Positions 62,872 through 64,000 of a DNA stretch of 64,000 nucleotides are shown here, piece by piece (positions within the stretch are counted from its first letter, which is position 1; every line of letters begins with the position of its first letter). The position numbers and the translations under genes are program-made. Origin of the DNA: Hyphochytrium catenoides (Eukaryota; Protista; Hyphochytriomycota); NCBI GenBank assembly GCA_900088475.1, contig FLMG01001956.1, forward strand, positions 62,001-126,000, written 5' to 3'. The notes beneath the pieces were generated by a model that did not search any database, was not told the DNA's origin, and saw only the letters and a program-made list of their open reading frames with translations.

Positions 62872-63973
62872 CTAAAGCTCTGGGAGAAGTTGAATCACTT
62901 CCTCGGTTAAGCGGTCGACGCTAGCAGTGCCTAGTGAGTAGATTAGCAAGTAAGGCGTCGACGGATCGGAATGAGTCTGTTCAAGTCTGTTACCTCCTCG
63001 GCATCGATTTAAAATCGGTAGAGCGGTGAAGTAGGGCGGATTGGACCGCGGGGCGCGAGGTCTTCTCTTCTGCCCTAAGGGCATTTCGTGCTTGTTGAGC
63101 TTGGCGACAACTAAAGTCCTGAAGGGAGATATCGGGATTGCCTACGCATCAGAGACAACGGGTTAAAAAATTCAGCATGAGCGAGCAGTCAAGAAGCAAG
63201 ATATTCATACATCCACCACGGTTAAAAGCTCCACGTTTGACAGCGACGACCATTCTTTTACTAATATCTCCTGAAAGTCGACGAGTTCAATCGTTTCAGG
63301 GGGGATAGCAGATACGACCAAGCTCAGGAAGAAGCCCAGTCCCTTGATGAGCTTGATGTGGATAGGATGGACCCTTCCGACGTTAATCTGCACCACCAGA
63401 ATGCGGACGGCTCTCTCAGCAGTCTTTAAGCTTTCTCGAATGGGGCTGGAGGAGAAGGACAGTAGTTCCTGGTGTGCCATATGGTAAGACACTGAAAGGC
63501 TTAAGCTTGCATCAGCACTAGACATACCTCTAGCATTCGCCCACGTGATCCGAACTTATTGGGCGAATGGGACATTTGCTCTGTGGGTCTGCAATCTAGG
63601 GCTAGGGCATGCAGGTAAAAGAGGGCAGCATATATGCTTCTATCGCCGTGGTCAATAATGTGAGGTGATTGGCTTATCTCAACTTCCGTCTCACCTGTAG
63701 TCCCCTGCGTCTTTTTCAAGAGCCTTATACGTCAGAATAGAATGGAAGTAAGGGTTACGTCAGCGCGATAACTCCTCTACTATTGATAAGTTCGGTTTCT
63801 ACATCACCTCCAGAGCTTCATCTAACGCCGCCCAGCTCATGTCCATACCATCCAGGACTGCGTCAGCGTTGTGAACGGCTTCAATGTATTGCAAGAAGAA
63901 GTCATAGGCCTTTCTTGGGGTCTCAGCGTCTTCAGACTCTGTCACCAGCTTCCATAGTGACCTAAATATAAAG
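62872..63973 (-). CDS. 3' exons of a hypothetical helical protein (5' end beyond the window)
   Basis: Exon-like frames FIFRSLWKLVTESED..ALDEALE|ALEKDAGDYR and ..ESLKTAERAVRILVVQI..LTVVD|AIPISPFRTL..EEVIQLLPEL*, flanked by GT/AG sites. Confidence 0.5.
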
Positions 63974-64000
63974 CTAGGCACACAGAATATCAGAGACGTG

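Noticed and set aside
1-64000. Prokaryotic features (operons, CRISPR, defence systems) or a bacterial contaminant segment
   Set aside because: Genes are spliceosomal-intron-rich throughout, including ArsC; no repeat-spacer array, transposase or reverse transcriptase was seen.

Overview
Gene-dense, intron-rich eukaryotic nuclear DNA with GT-AG introns of roughly 60-400 nt. A stramenopile-type protist is my inference from protein similarity and is not confirmed. The ORF track is mostly exon fragments, so I rebuilt gene models by hand from splice sites and reading frames. About 17 protein genes are supported, in order: ABCA (3' part), ABCG half-transporter, intronless GlpF/NIP-like aquaglyceroporin, thioredoxin-type ArsC arsenate reductase, TM-PH-C2-VASt-DysF protein, coiled-coil protein, sedoheptulokinase, degenerate mRNA-capping guanylyltransferase with CCCH finger, PPPDE(DeSI)-PUL, Ca-binding mitochondrial carrier, dual-TPR co-chaperone, importin-alpha-like ARM protein, PEX5, PEX14-PUB-KPWE, kinesin-1-ZZ, a small nuclear hypothetical protein, and PA28. 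There is also a partial gene at the right end. The best candidate for an undescribed system is a head-to-head aquaglyceroporin plus bacterial-type, intron-containing ArsC pair, which looks like a eukaryotic two-gene arsenic detoxification locus. Also notable are a pseudo-capping enzyme with every nucleotidyltransferase motif altered, and a tail-to-tail PEX5/PEX14 pair in which PEX14 carries a PUB domain. No tRNA, rRNA, CRISPR array or intact transposon was recognised. No database searches were run; family calls rest on recognised motifs.
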